Positions 1 to 9,595 of a stretch of DNA of 64,000 nt are shown here, piece by piece; the first letter of the stretch is position 1; each line of letters starts with the position of its first letter. The notes beneath the pieces are model-generated. The model was given only the letters and a program-made list of their open reading frames with translations, was not told the origin of the DNA and searched no databases. This DNA is from Thermoanaerobaculia bacterium (GTDB lineage: Bacteria; Acidobacteriota; Thermoanaerobaculia; Multivoradales; Multivoraceae). The DNA lies in assembly GCA_963666565.1 (NCBI GenBank), contig OY762911.1, positions 2,208,001 through 2,272,000 on the forward strand. The letters run 5' to 3'. A program made the position numbers and the translations under genes.

Positions 1-14
1 GGCGCGGCGACGGG

Positions 15-1337
15 TCAGGAGGCGACCGCTCGCGGCCGCTGCATCCGCCGCTGCGAGCGCTTGAGCGCCCGGTCGAGATCGGCTGTGAGGTCCTGGGGAT
101 CCTCCAGGCCGACGGAGAGCCGCACCATCTCCTGGGTCACGCCGGACTCGGCGAGTTCCTCGGCGGTCATCTGCTGGTGCGTCGTGCTCGCGGGGTGAAT
201 GACCAGGCTCTTCGCGTCGCCGACATTGGCGAGATGCGACCAGAGCTCAAGGCCCTCGATGAAGGCGATCCCGGCCTCGATACCGCCGCGAATCCCGAAG
301 GTGAGCAGCGCGCCGCTGCCCTTCGGCAGCAGCTTCCGGGCCAGCTCGTGCTGCGGGTGGCTCGGCAGGTCGGGATAGCTGACCCACTCGACGGCCTCGT
401 GCCGTTCCAGGAACCCGGCGATCTCCCGTGCGTTCTCCACGTGGCGGGCGACCCGGAGCGGCAGGGTCTCCAGGCCCTGGAGCAGGTAGAAGGCGGCCTG
501 CGGGTTGAGGCAGGCGCCGAAGTCGCGCAGTCCTTCGAGCCTCGCCTTCAGGATGAAGGCCGGCGGGCCGTAGTGCTCGGCGAAGGCGATGCCGTGGTAG
601 CCCGGGCAGGGCTCGGTCATGATCGGGAACCGTCCGGAGGCGGCCCAGTCGAACTTGCCGCTGTCGACCAGGACGCCGCCCAGGGTGACGCCGTGGCCGC
701 CGATGAACTTGGTCGCCGAGTGCATCACGATGTCCGCGCCGAGCTCGATCGGCCGCGACAGGAACGGGGTACCGAAGGTGTTGTCGATCAGAAGCGGCAC
801 GCCGGTCTCGTGCGCGAGGTCGGCGACGGCGGGGATGTCCAGCACGTCGATCCGCGGGTTGCCGATCGTCTCGCCGAAGAACAGCTTCGTGTTCGGACGG
901 GCGGCGCGCCGGAAGTTCGCGGGGTCGGTCGGTTCGACGAAGGTCGTCTCGATGCCGAACCGGCGGAGGGTGTGGTTCAGCAGGTTGTGCGTACCGCCGT
1001 AGATGGCGGCCGAGGAGACGACGTGGTCGCCGGCGGAGAGGATGGTCGCCGCCGCCAAGTGGAACGCCGACTGCCCGGACGCGGTGGCGACCGCGCCGAC
1101 GCCGCCTTCGAGGGCGGCGATCCGCTCCTCGAACACGGCCACCGTCGGGTTGGAGATCCGCGAGTAGATGTGGCCGGCTTCCTCCAGGTTGAACAGGCCG
1201 GCGGCGTGGTCCGTGTCCCGGAACACGTACGACGTCGAGTTCACCACGGGCACGGCCCTGGCGCCGGTCGCCGGGTCGGGCCGCTGGCCGGCGTGAAGGG
1301 ACAGAGTGTCGAACTTGTAGAACCAGTCGCTGCTCAT
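15..1337 (-). CDS. metY: O-acetylhomoserine aminocarboxypropyltransferase / sulfhydrylase (PLP, Cys/Met metabolism)
   Basis: Motifs IYSRISNPT, HSATKFIGGHG and HLANVGDAKSLVIHPASTTH. True start taken as ATG 1337 (MSSDWFYKFDTLSLHAG), not the 2810 ORF start. Confidence 0.92.
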   Translation of the reverse strand: MSSDWFYKFDTLSLHAGQRPDPATGARAVPVVNSTSYVFRDTDHAAGLFNLEEAGHIYSRISNPTVAVFEERIAALEGGVGAVATASGQSAFHLAAATILSAGDHVVSSAAIYGGTHNLLNHTLRRFGIETTFVEPTDPANFRRAARPNTKLFFGETIGNPRIDVLDIPAVADLAHETGVPLLIDNTFGTPFLSRPIELGADIVMHSATKFIGGHGVTLGGVLVDSGKFDWAASGRFPIMTEPCPGYHGIAFAEHYGPPAFILKARLEGLRDFGACLNPQAAFYLLQGLETLPLRVARHVENAREIAGFLERHEAVEWVSYPDLPSHPQHELARKLLPKGSGALLTFGIRGGIEAGIAFIEGLELWSHLANVGDAKSLVIHPASTTHQQMTAEELAESGVTQEMVRLSVGLEDPQDLTADLDRALKRSQRRMQRPRAVAS

Positions 1338-1421
1338 GCGGTTGCCCCCGGGTCGATTGCGGCGCGAGGCGGACCGTGAGTGTAGCTGTAGCGGCGGGGC
1401 GAGGTGCCCGCCCGCCCGGCC

Positions 1422-1582
1422 GGGGCTTGGGGGGTCGGCCCCCTGGCGCCGCTCGCGCTTGGTCGGATGATGAAGGGGGGTGCGCTCGCTGCACTCCGCT
1501 CGCTTCGGTCCGTCGCCGGTTGCCGCACGGGCATGGGAAGTCGCTCGCTCCGAGCCGCCAGGGGGCCGACCCCCCAAGCCCC
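1422..1582. repeat. Palindromic MITE/REP-like element (27-bp perfect terminal inverted repeats)
   Basis: GGGGCTTGGGGGGTCGGCCCCCTGGCG at 1422-1448 and its exact reverse complement at 1556-1582. Internal CGCTCGCTTCGGTC is also present in the 8435-8613 element. Confidence 0.75.
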
Positions 1583-1616
1583 TGGGGCGGGCTGGACGTC
1601 GTCGGGCTGCCTCACA

Positions 1617-1677
1617 CTGGGTGCGCGGGTCCTCTGACCCGCTGCCGCCGAAGGCGGCCAGGAGAACGCGCCGGCCG
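1617..1677 (+). repeat. REP-like family A copy (single arm)
   Basis: CTGGGTGCGCGGGTCCTCTGACCCGCTGCCGCCGAAGGCGGCCA, identical to 57070-57113. Confidence 0.85.
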
Positions 1678-1748
1678 GAGGCCTGCGCCGCCCGGCGGTC
1701 ACTGCTCCCCATGTGTCGTGTGGCAGAGTCGGGCGCCGAGGATGCTCG

Positions 1749-2663
1749 ATGGGAATCGTCGAAGAGTGGCATGAGTGCCTGGACCGGGGGGAGATCCTGC
1801 TCCTCGATGGGGGTACCGGAACGGAGCTGGAGCGTCGCGGCGTGCCGATGGATTCGGCGGCCTGGTGCGGGACGGCGGCGTTGGAGCACCGGGAGGCGAT
1901 CCGTGACCTTCACGAGGACTACATCCGGGCCGGGGCCGACGCGATCGTCACGAACACGTTCGCGACGCACCGGCCGTTGCTGGAGGCGGCGGGCCTGGGC
2001 GACAAGGTCGGGCTGATCGTGCGGCGGGCCGTGGAGGCGGCGCTGGAGGCGCGGGAGCGGGCCGGGTGTCCGGGCGTGCTCGTCGCGGGATCGATGTCGA
2101 CCATGCCGGCGAGCAACGTCCGGGGCGGCTACGAGCCGCTCGACGTGCAGATGGCGGCTTATCGCGAGCAGTGCGGCCTGCTGGCTGACGCCGGCGTCGA
2201 TGTCGTCGCGCTCGAGATGATGCAGGACGGCGAGCGGGCGGCGCTCGCGTTCGAGGCCGCAAAGGAGACTGGCCTGCCGGTGTGGCTCGGCGTCAGCGCG
2301 CGGAAGGACCCGGACAGCGGCGCGATCACGCCGTTCAACTGGCCCGACGAGTCCTTCGAGGACCTTCTCGATGCACTGATTCCGCTCGGCCCCTCGATCG
2401 TCCACGTGATGCACAGCGAGATCGCGGCGGTGCCGGAGGCGGTGGCGATGGTCCAGGAGCGCTGGGACGGACCTGTCGGCGTGTACCCGGAGTCGGGCTA
2501 CTTCACGATGCCGAACTGGAACTTCGTCGACGTGATCGATCCGGCCGATCTGCTGGAGGAGGCGCGCGGCTGGGTGGCCGCGGGCGTTCGGATCGTCGGC
2601 GGCTGCTGCGGGTTGGGGATCGAGCACATCCGGTCCCTGGGGGCGCTTCGCGAGTCCGGCTGA
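1749..2663 (+). CDS. Homocysteine S-methyltransferase family protein
   Basis: N-terminal LLLDGGTGTELERRG, HEDYIRAGADAIVTNTF, and C-terminal IVGGCCG. Confidence 0.9.
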   Translation: MGIVEEWHECLDRGEILLLDGGTGTELERRGVPMDSAAWCGTAALEHREAIRDLHEDYIRAGADAIVTNTFATHRPLLEAAGLGDKVGLIVRRAVEAALEARERAGCPGVLVAGSMSTMPASNVRGGYEPLDVQMAAYREQCGLLADAGVDVVALEMMQDGERAALAFEAAKETGLPVWLGVSARKDPDSGAITPFNWPDESFEDLLDALIPLGPSIVHVMHSEIAAVPEAVAMVQERWDGPVGVYPESGYFTMPNWNFVDVIDPADLLEEARGWVAAGVRIVGGCCGLGIEHIRSLGALRESG

Positions 2664-2679
2664 GGAGGACGGAACGATC

Positions 2680-3162
2680 GTGGCAGCCGGAGGCGAACCG
2701 GATCGAGCCCGGACGGCTTTCGAGCCGCCGTTGCTCGTGCTGGTCTGCCTGGTCGTCGGCTTCGGGCTGTCCTGGCTGCTGCCCCTCCGGATCTGGCCGG
2801 TCGGAACCAATCGGGGCCTGGTGATCGCCGGCGTGGCGGTCGTGGCCGCCAGCTTCGCGTGGTTGGTCTGGTCGGCGTTGACGATGGTCCGCGGCGGCTC
2901 CTCCCTGCCGGTTCATCATCCGACCGCGAAGCTGGTGATCGGGGGGCCTTACCGGTGGTCCCGCAACCCGATCTACACCTGCATGGTGCTGGCGTTGCTG
3001 GGACTTGCGCTGGCAAGGGCCAGTTGGTGGTTCGTCGGGCTGGCTGTAGCGGCGGCGCTCCTGCTGCGCTGGGGCGTCATCCTGCGGGAAGAGGTCTACC
3101 TGGAACGCAGGTTCGGCGACGAGTACCGCGACTATGCGAGCCGCGTCCGGCGCTGGCTGTAG
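2680..3162 (+). CDS. Isoprenylcysteine carboxylmethyltransferase / PEMT-family membrane methyltransferase
   Basis: Hydrophobic helices; LVIGGPYRWSRNPIY and EEVYLERRFGDEYRDYASRVRRWL; GGAGG RBS upstream. Confidence 0.88.
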   Translation: MAAGGEPDRARTAFEPPLLVLVCLVVGFGLSWLLPLRIWPVGTNRGLVIAGVAVVAASFAWLVWSALTMVRGGSSLPVHHPTAKLVIGGPYRWSRNPIYTCMVLALLGLALARASWWFVGLAVAAALLLRWGVILREEVYLERRFGDEYRDYASRVRRWL

Positions 3163-5632
3163 GCGCCGGCGGCGCGCTCGCTGGGTGCGCGGGTCTTCTG
3201 ACCCGCATCGAGCGCGATGCTGCGAAGCAGCGAGCACGAACCTGTTCCGTTCGAGCTGGCGTTTCCTGTCGGCCATCGCCGTCGCCCTGGTCTTTGCCGC
3301 CTGCGGACCGCCGCGGGAGGACGCGGCGACCCCGCCGGCGCGCGCGGACGTCGAGCGCCTGCTCGCGGGCGCCTCGACCGGGCAGCCGCCGGTCGTCCTG
3401 ATCACGATCGACACGCTGCGGGCCGACCGGCTATCGAGCTACGGCTCGGACCGGGTCGCGACGCCGCACATCGACCGGCTTGCCGCCGAGGGCATCCGCT
3501 TCGCCAATGCGTCGTCGACGGTGCCGTTCACGCTGCCGGCCCACAGCTCGATCATGACCGGGCTCTACCCGCCGTCGCACGGCGTGCGCGAGAACGTCGG
3601 CTACGTGCTGGCGCCCGAGCTCGCGACGATCGCCGAGCGGTTCCGGGACGCGGGCTACCTGACCGGCGGCTTCGTCAGCGCCTTCGTGCTCGATGCGCGC
3701 TGGGGGATCGCCCGCGGCTTCGACGCCTACGTCGACGACTTCGACCTCGACGCGATGGCGGGCGCGAACCTGGGCTCGGTCCAGCGGGCCGGCACGGAGA
3801 CGATCGGGCACGCCCTGGCGTGGCTCGACGAGACCGTCCTTTCCGCTGGCCGCGCCGCCGATGCCAGCGGCGCTACGGGGAGGCCGCCCTTCTTCATGTG
3901 GCTGCATCTGTTCGATCCGCACGACCCCTACGAACCGCCCGAGCCCTTCCGTTCCGAGTACGAGGGGCGACCCTACGACGGCGAAGTGGCGTACACGGAC
4001 TCTCTGATCGGCGATTTCCGCGCCGCCCTCGAGCGGCGCGGGCTGGTCGACGAGTCCGTCGTCGTGCTGACGTCGGACCACGGCGAGGGACTTGGCGACC
4101 ACGGCGAGAGCTACCACGGGTTCTTCGTGTACGACTCCACCGTCCACGTGCCGCTCATCGTCCGGCTGCCCGGCGGCGTCGAAAGCGGACGGGTGGTCAC
4201 CGACGCCGTGAGCCACGTCGACATCGCGCCGACCCTGATCGAACTGCTGGACCTCGACGTGGCCGGCGCGTTCCAGGGCCGGAGCCTGCTCCCGGACATG
4301 CAGGGGCTGCCGAATCCCCTTGCCGAACGCGGCGTCTACGCCGAGTCCTTCTACGCGCTCGACCACTACGGCTGGGCGCCGCTCCGTTCGCTGCGCACGA
4401 CGGAGCACAAGTACATCGAGGCGCCCGATCCCGAGCTCTACGCTCTGCTCGAGGATCCGGGCGAACTCGCCAACGTTCTCCTCGAAGAGCGCGATCTGTC
4501 GCGCCGCCTGCGAACGGAGGCGCTCGAACTCGCGGCGGAACTCGACCGGGCGGCGCCGACTTCCAGCGCGGAACCGGACCTCGACGAGGACACGCTGGCG
4601 CAGTTGCGCGCGCTCGGCTACCTCGCCGGCCGCGGGGCCGCCGGCCGGGAGGACGCGGAAGGCCCGCGCGCCGACCCGAAGGACAAGGCGCACCTGCACC
4701 GCGCCATCATGCGGGCGCAGAGCGCCTTCGGCGCCGGCGACGAAGACGCGGCCGCGGCCGAGCTTCGGGCGGCCTTGTCCGAGGACGAGGGGCTGCTCGA
4801 CGCGCACCAGCTCCTGGGCACGATCACCCTCCTGGCGGGCGACCCGGAGCCGGCGATCGGCCACTTCCGGAGCGCGCTGGCCCTCGATCCCGAGCACCGG
4901 CAGTCCCTGCTCGGCCTCGCCAACGCCTACCGCGAACTGGGACGCATCGACGAGGCGGTGGTCGGCTACCGCCGGCTGCTCGACGTCGCGGGTCAGGATG
5001 CCAAGGCGACGATGGCGCTGGCGCGGATCCACGTCGACCGCGGCGAGCTGAGCGAAGCGGAGCGGGTGCTGGCGGCGGCCGCCGAGGGGCGCGAACCGCC
5101 CGCGGTCGTCACGAACAAGCTGGGCGAGGTGATGGCGCTCCTCGGCCGCAGCGGCGACGCGGAGGCGAAGTTCCGGCAGGCCATCTCCTCGAACCCGGAA
5201 CTGGGCGAGGCCCACTTCAACCTCGCCGTCCTGCTGGACGAGTCGGGGAGGACGGAGGCCGCGATCGCGGCCTACCGGCGGGCCGCGGAACTGAGGGCGC
5301 GGGACCACCGGCCCCGCTTCAATCTGGGCCGCCTCCACGGCCGGCAGGGCCGCGCGGATCTCCAGATCGAGGCGTACCGCGAAGCGGTGGAGGCGGCGCC
5401 GGACTTCGCCCTCGGCCACTTTCACCTGGCGAAGGCGCTGATGGATCACGGGCGCGACCTTGAGGAGGCGGAGGCCCTGGCGCGCCGCGGTCTGGAGGGC
5501 GAGCCGGCCGGCCGGGACGGCGCGCTCGGCTACTTCGTGCTCGCCGACATCCTGAACCGGCTGGGCCGCCCGGCCGAGGAACGGCAGGCACTGGCCCGCG
5601 GACAGGAGTTGCTAGCCGGCGGCGAACGCTGA
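3134..5632 (+). CDS. Sulfatase-like hydrolase with C-terminal TPR repeats, probable lipoprotein (true start probably ~3242, after the REP)
   Basis: LITIDTLRADRL, TLPAHSSIMTG, HLFDPHDPY and TSDHGEGLGDHGE; lipobox-like VFAACG; TPR helices in the last ~300 aa. Confidence 0.88.
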   Translation: MRAASGAGCRRRRRARWVRGSSDPHRARCCEAASTNLFRSSWRFLSAIAVALVFAACGPPREDAATPPARADVERLLAGASTGQPPVVLITIDTLRADRLSSYGSDRVATPHIDRLAAEGIRFANASSTVPFTLPAHSSIMTGLYPPSHGVRENVGYVLAPELATIAERFRDAGYLTGGFVSAFVLDARWGIARGFDAYVDDFDLDAMAGANLGSVQRAGTETIGHALAWLDETVLSAGRAADASGATGRPPFFMWLHLFDPHDPYEPPEPFRSEYEGRPYDGEVAYTDSLIGDFRAALERRGLVDESVVVLTSDHGEGLGDHGESYHGFFVYDSTVHVPLIVRLPGGVESGRVVTDAVSHVDIAPTLIELLDLDVAGAFQGRSLLPDMQGLPNPLAERGVYAESFYALDHYGWAPLRSLRTTEHKYIEAPDPELYALLEDPGELANVLLEERDLSRRLRTEALELAAELDRAAPTSSAEPDLDEDTLAQLRALGYLAGRGAAGREDAEGPRADPKDKAHLHRAIMRAQSAFGAGDEDAAAAELRAALSEDEGLLDAHQLLGTITLLAGDPEPAIGHFRSALALDPEHRQSLLGLANAYRELGRIDEAVVGYRRLLDVAGQDAKATMALARIHVDRGELSEAERVLAAAAEGREPPAVVTNKLGEVMALLGRSGDAEAKFRQAISSNPELGEAHFNLAVLLDESGRTEAAIAAYRRAAELRARDHRPRFNLGRLHGRQGRADLQIEAYREAVEAAPDFALGHFHLAKALMDHGRDLEEAEALARRGLEGEPAGRDGALGYFVLADILNRLGRPAEERQALARGQELLAGGER
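3181..3206 (+). repeat. REP-like family A copy
   Basis: CTGGGTGCGCGGGTCTTCTGACCCGC. Confidence 0.8.
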
Positions 5633-6472
5633 GGCCACGAGGTCCGCCATCCGTCGCGGATCCTCCAGCGGGCCGAGGTGGCCGAGACCCTCGATCTCCA
5701 GGAAGCGCACGTTCGGCAGTTCGCCGACGATCGCCTCGGCCCAGTACGCGGGCCCCGGCGTGAGCACGGCGCCGCGCATCAGGGTCACCGGGCACTCCAC
5801 CTGGCGGAGCCCGTCCCAGGCGCGGTGGTGCGGCCCCATCAGGTAGAGCTGCGCCTCCACGTCGGGGCTGCACTTGATCTCGACCTCGCCGTCCCCGGCC
5901 GGCGCGAAGCCGTGCCGGACGTAGGCATCCAGCGCCTCCGGGTCGAGCAGGGAGTAGGGAACCTTCTCCGCGTAGTTGGCGACGGCGGCCTCGCGCGACG
6001 CGAAGCGCCTGCGGCGATGCCGGGTCCGGTCGACCCACATGCCGAGACGGGCGTCGTCGTCGGTCACGCCGGGCGGATAGATGACCGGCTCGTAGCAGAC
6101 GAGTCCGGCGAACAGGTCCGGTCGCCGCGGCGCGATCATCAGCAGCGAGGCGGCGCCCATCGAGTGGCCGAAACCGAACAGCGGGCCGCCGGCGCCGAGT
6201 TCCAGCGCGTCGATCGCGGCGAGCAGATCCTCGGCGCAACTCTCCCAGGAGTAGTCGAGCCCGTCCGGCGCGGAGGCGTCGCCGTGGCCCCGCAGGTCGA
6301 CGCCGATGCGCCTGAAGCCGTCGAGCCGCTCCAGCATCGGGTCGTAGACCCGACCGTGGAAGCCGGTGGCGTGGCCGACGATCAGGTCGGGGCCTTCGCC
6401 GCCGAAGTCGTGGACCGCGAGTTCGACGCCGTCCGTGGACGGCACGCGCTGGACGGAGACCGGTTCGAGCAT
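5612..6472 (-). CDS. Alpha/beta fold hydrolase
   Basis: HATGF oxyanion region, DLRGHG, nucleophile GHSMG, and C-terminal GH. Confidence 0.9.
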   Translation of the reverse strand: MLEPVSVQRVPSTDGVELAVHDFGGEGPDLIVGHATGFHGRVYDPMLERLDGFRRIGVDLRGHGDASAPDGLDYSWESCAEDLLAAIDALELGAGGPLFGFGHSMGAASLLMIAPRRPDLFAGLVCYEPVIYPPGVTDDDARLGMWVDRTRHRRRRFASREAAVANYAEKVPYSLLDPEALDAYVRHGFAPAGDGEVEIKCSPDVEAQLYLMGPHHRAWDGLRQVECPVTLMRGAVLTPGPAYWAEAIVGELPNVRFLEIEGLGHLGPLEDPRRMADLVASAFAAG

Positions 6473-6567
6473 GGGCGGCGGAACCCGGGAGTTCGGGCCG
6501 AGGGAACGTAGCGGAGTGAGTTCCGGGGTGCAAGCCTGACCGCGGGGCTTCGTTGCAGAATAGGGCG

Positions 6568-7710
6568 ATGTTCAGGCAAGTCGCCCGGTTCGGCCGGGGC
6601 AGCCGCCGCTCGGCGGAGAGCGTTCGGGTGTGGAGGCTGCAGATCGGCTTCCTGCTGCTGCTCGCGGTCACCGCCGTGCAGGTCGTCTGGTGGCTGGTCG
6701 ACCAGTCCCGGATCGCGGACCGGATCGCCGCCGACCGGGTCGCCGAGGTCGAACTGAACCGCGAAGCGGCGGAGTCTTCGCTGCGGGCCGGCCAGTCGCC
6801 CAGGGAACTCCGCGCCCTCTACCCGCACCTGGAGATCGGCGACGGCGAGGCGCGGATCCGCCCGGAAGCCCGCGCGGCGATCGAGCGGGACCGCCGCAGC
6901 CACCTGAACCAGTACCGCTGGGAGGGCGGGTTCTTTCTGGCGGTCATCGCGGGCGGGGTCTTCCTTCTGTCCCGGGTGCTGCGCCGGGAGGCGGACCTCC
7001 TCGCCCGCCAGCAGAACTTCCTCGCCGCCGTGTCGCACGAGTTGCGGAGCCCGCTGGCGAGCCTGCGGCTGACGACGGAGACGTTGCTGCTGCGCGACCT
7101 GGTGGCCGCCGACCGACGTTCCCTCCTGGAGCGCAACCTGGAGGACCTGCGGCGCCTGGAGCGCATGATCGGCAACCTGCTGGAGACGAACCGGCTGGAG
7201 CAGGCGAAGGTCGGGCCGCGCCGCGAATCCGTCGACCTGGAGGACGCGGTGTCTCTCGCCTTCGCGGAACTGGGCCACCGGGCCGAGGGCGGCGGGGACA
7301 TCGACATCGCGGTCCGGGTGGAGGACGGCTTGGGGCTGAGGGCCGATCCGGTGGGCCTGGGCACCGTGCTGCGGAACCTGATCGGCAACGCGATCGAGTC
7401 CGCCCAGGCGGCCGGCACGAGGGTGGAGGTGACGGCCAGGCGACAGGGCTCGGCCGTGGAGCTCGAAGTGCTCGACGACGGCGTCGGCTTCGACCCCGCG
7501 GAGGGCCGCCGCCTGTTCGAGAAGTTCTACCGTCCCGGCAACGAGCTGCGGCGCGACAAGAAGGGCAGCGGCCTCGGGCTCTACCTGGTGCGCAGCTTCG
7601 TGGCGCTCGAGGGCGGCGAGGTGGAGGCGAGCAGCGAGGGCCCCGGCCGCGGCGCGGCGTTCCGCGTGACCTGGCCGGTCCGCGAGCGGGCCGCGGGATC
7701 GGCGTCGTGA
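6568..7710 (+). CDS. Membrane sensor histidine kinase
   Basis: Two TM segments; H-box VSHELRSPL; N-box NLIGNA; DDGVG, FEKFYR and GSGLGL. Start uncertain. Confidence 0.92.
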   Translation: MFRQVARFGRGSRRSAESVRVWRLQIGFLLLLAVTAVQVVWWLVDQSRIADRIAADRVAEVELNREAAESSLRAGQSPRELRALYPHLEIGDGEARIRPEARAAIERDRRSHLNQYRWEGGFFLAVIAGGVFLLSRVLRREADLLARQQNFLAAVSHELRSPLASLRLTTETLLLRDLVAADRRSLLERNLEDLRRLERMIGNLLETNRLEQAKVGPRRESVDLEDAVSLAFAELGHRAEGGGDIDIAVRVEDGLGLRADPVGLGTVLRNLIGNAIESAQAAGTRVEVTARRQGSAVELEVLDDGVGFDPAEGRRLFEKFYRPGNELRRDKKGSGLGLYLVRSFVALEGGEVEASSEGPGRGAAFRVTWPVRERAAGSAS

Positions 7711-8423
7711 GATCTCCGGCCGAGGAGCGGGCGCGGGTCCTGCTGATCGAGGACGAGGAGAACCTCGCCGCCGGCATCCGCTTCAACCTGGAGGCGGAGG
7801 GACTGGACGTCGACTGGATCGACGACGGCGTGCAGGCGCTGGAGCGGGTCCGGGATCCGCGCTACCAGCTCGTCATTCTCGACGTGATGCTGCCGGGCGT
7901 GGACGGGTTCACGCTGTGCGAGGAGGCGCGCAGGGGCGGCGTCGATACGCCGGTTCTGTTCCTGACCGCCAAGGCGGAGGTCTCCGACCGGATCCGCGGA
8001 CTCCGGGCCGGAGGCGACGACTACCTGGCCAAGCCGTTTCACCTGACGGAGCTCCTGCTGCGGGTTCAGGCGATCCTGCGGCGCCGTTCCTGGCGCCCCG
8101 GCGACGCGCCGGACGCGGTGCGCTTCGGCGGCAACCGTTTCGACTTCGCCGCCTTCGCGGGCGCTTCCTGGGACGGGCGGGCGCAGCAGTTGACGCAGAA
8201 GGAGGCGATGATCCTCAGGACCCTGGCCGAACGGGAGGGCGAGGTCGTCTCGCGCGAGGACATCCTGGACCGCGTCTGGGGCTACGAGGCCTTCCCGTCG
8301 TCCCGGACGGTCGACAACTTCATCCTCCGGCTGCGCAAGCGCTTCGAGCCCGATCCCGAGCGCCCGCGCCACTTCCACACCGTCCGCGGCGTCGGCTACC
8401 GGTTCACCGCCGAACCGGAGTAG
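7707..8423 (+). CDS. OmpR/PhoB-family response regulator
   Basis: GTG start overlaps the kinase TGA; LLIEDE, ILDVMLP, DDYLAKPF, and winged helix ending TVRGVGYRF. Confidence 0.93.
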   Translation: MRSPAEERARVLLIEDEENLAAGIRFNLEAEGLDVDWIDDGVQALERVRDPRYQLVILDVMLPGVDGFTLCEEARRGGVDTPVLFLTAKAEVSDRIRGLRAGGDDYLAKPFHLTELLLRVQAILRRRSWRPGDAPDAVRFGGNRFDFAAFAGASWDGRAQQLTQKEAMILRTLAEREGEVVSREDILDRVWGYEAFPSSRTVDNFILRLRKRFEPDPERPRHFHTVRGVGYRFTAEPE

Positions 8424-8434
8424 CTGCTTGGGCC

Positions 8435-8613
8435 GCCTGGGGCGGGGTCCGGGAGGAGGGGACCAGCGGACGCTCGCGCCCTCTTGGCGGATGAGGGGGT
8501 TGGGCGCTCGCTTCGGTCGGCTGCGCTCCGTTGCGGTGTCGGTCGATGTGGCGGCTTGGGCAGTCGCTTGCCTTCAGCTCGCTGGTCCCCTCCTCCCGGA
8601 CCCCGCCCCAGGC
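8435..8613. repeat. Palindromic MITE/REP-like element (34-bp perfect terminal inverted repeats) between convergent genes
   Basis: GCCTGGGGCGGGGTCCGGGAGGAGGGGACCAGCG at 8435-8468 and its exact reverse complement at 8580-8613. Confidence 0.8.
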
Positions 8614-8695
8614 TGGACGGCTTTGCCGGGCGGTTGAGCGGTGGACCTTGGGTGGAGATCCGGAGTGCTGCGGCAGTTGCTGGAGTGCCTGACGT

Positions 8696-9424
8696 TTACT
8701 GAACTTCGAGAAGTTCGATGTCGAAGATGAGGGCGGCGGCGGGTGGGATGGCGGGCGCCGAGCCTTGGGCGCCGTAGGCGAGTTCGGCGGGGATGAAGAC
8801 CTCCCATTTTGCGCCGGGCTTCATCAACTGCAGCGCTTCGGCCCAGCCCGGGATGACGCTGCCGATCGGGAACGTGGCGGGCTGGTCGCGCTCGTAGGTG
8901 CCGTCGAATCGCGTGCCGTCGATCAGCGTGCCCCGGTAGTGGACCGTCACCGCCTGGTTCGCGGTCGGGCTGTCTCCTTCGCCGGGGCGCACTTCGCGGT
9001 AAAGGAGGCCGGAGTCCGTCTTGACGATGCCCTCTTCCCTGGCCTTCTGGGCGAGGAAGACGGCGCTCTTGGCGGTGTTCTCCATCATTGCCGCCTGTCG
9101 CGCGCGGTCCGCGTGTTCCTGCATCTTCGCGCCGAGTTCGCCGAGCACGGTGTCGATCTCATCGGAGTCCATCGCCTCCGACCCTTCGAGCGAGTCCCTG
9201 AAGCCTCGGAGAAGCAGCTCGGCATCCAGGAGCAGGTCGTCCGGCCCCAGGTTGCTGCCGATGTTCACGCCGAGGGCGTAGGACGCCTTCTCGTCCCAGG
9301 TCTCGGCGACAGGCGTCTCGTCGTCGTTGCCGGCGGCGGCTTCTTCCTGGGCGCAGGCCGGCGCCGCGGCGAGGAGGACGAGGAGGGCGGCGGTCGGGGC
9401 GAGGCAGGTGCGTGGCTCGTTCAT
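8696..9424 (-). CDS. FKBP-type peptidyl-prolyl cis-trans isomerase (FkpA/Mip-like, exported)
   Basis: Signal peptide; KASYALG, VTVHYRGTLIDGTRFD, VIPGWAEALQLM and IPAELAYG. Confidence 0.93.
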   Translation of the reverse strand: MNEPRTCLAPTAALLVLLAAAPACAQEEAAAGNDDETPVAETWDEKASYALGVNIGSNLGPDDLLLDAELLLRGFRDSLEGSEAMDSDEIDTVLGELGAKMQEHADRARQAAMMENTAKSAVFLAQKAREEGIVKTDSGLLYREVRPGEGDSPTANQAVTVHYRGTLIDGTRFDGTYERDQPATFPIGSVIPGWAEALQLMKPGAKWEVFIPAELAYGAQGSAPAIPPAAALIFDIELLEVQ

Positions 9425-9595
9425 GGCGCGGATGGTATCCGCAAGCGCCGTCGGTCCTGTCGCGGAGGCGATGGTCGCCGCCGGCGTGGGACGAGGCTCT
9501 CCCTCGTCTCGACCGCGGCCGCGTTCGACCGCGAGACGCGCAGCGACGGCCTCGCCCGTGGCGGGCCGGCGTGACCGCTTCGCTATCCTCGCCTC

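Noticed and set aside
1338-1750. SAM riboswitch upstream of metY or the methyltransferase
   Set aside because: No SAM-I/II/IV consensus recognised; the space is filled by repeat elements.
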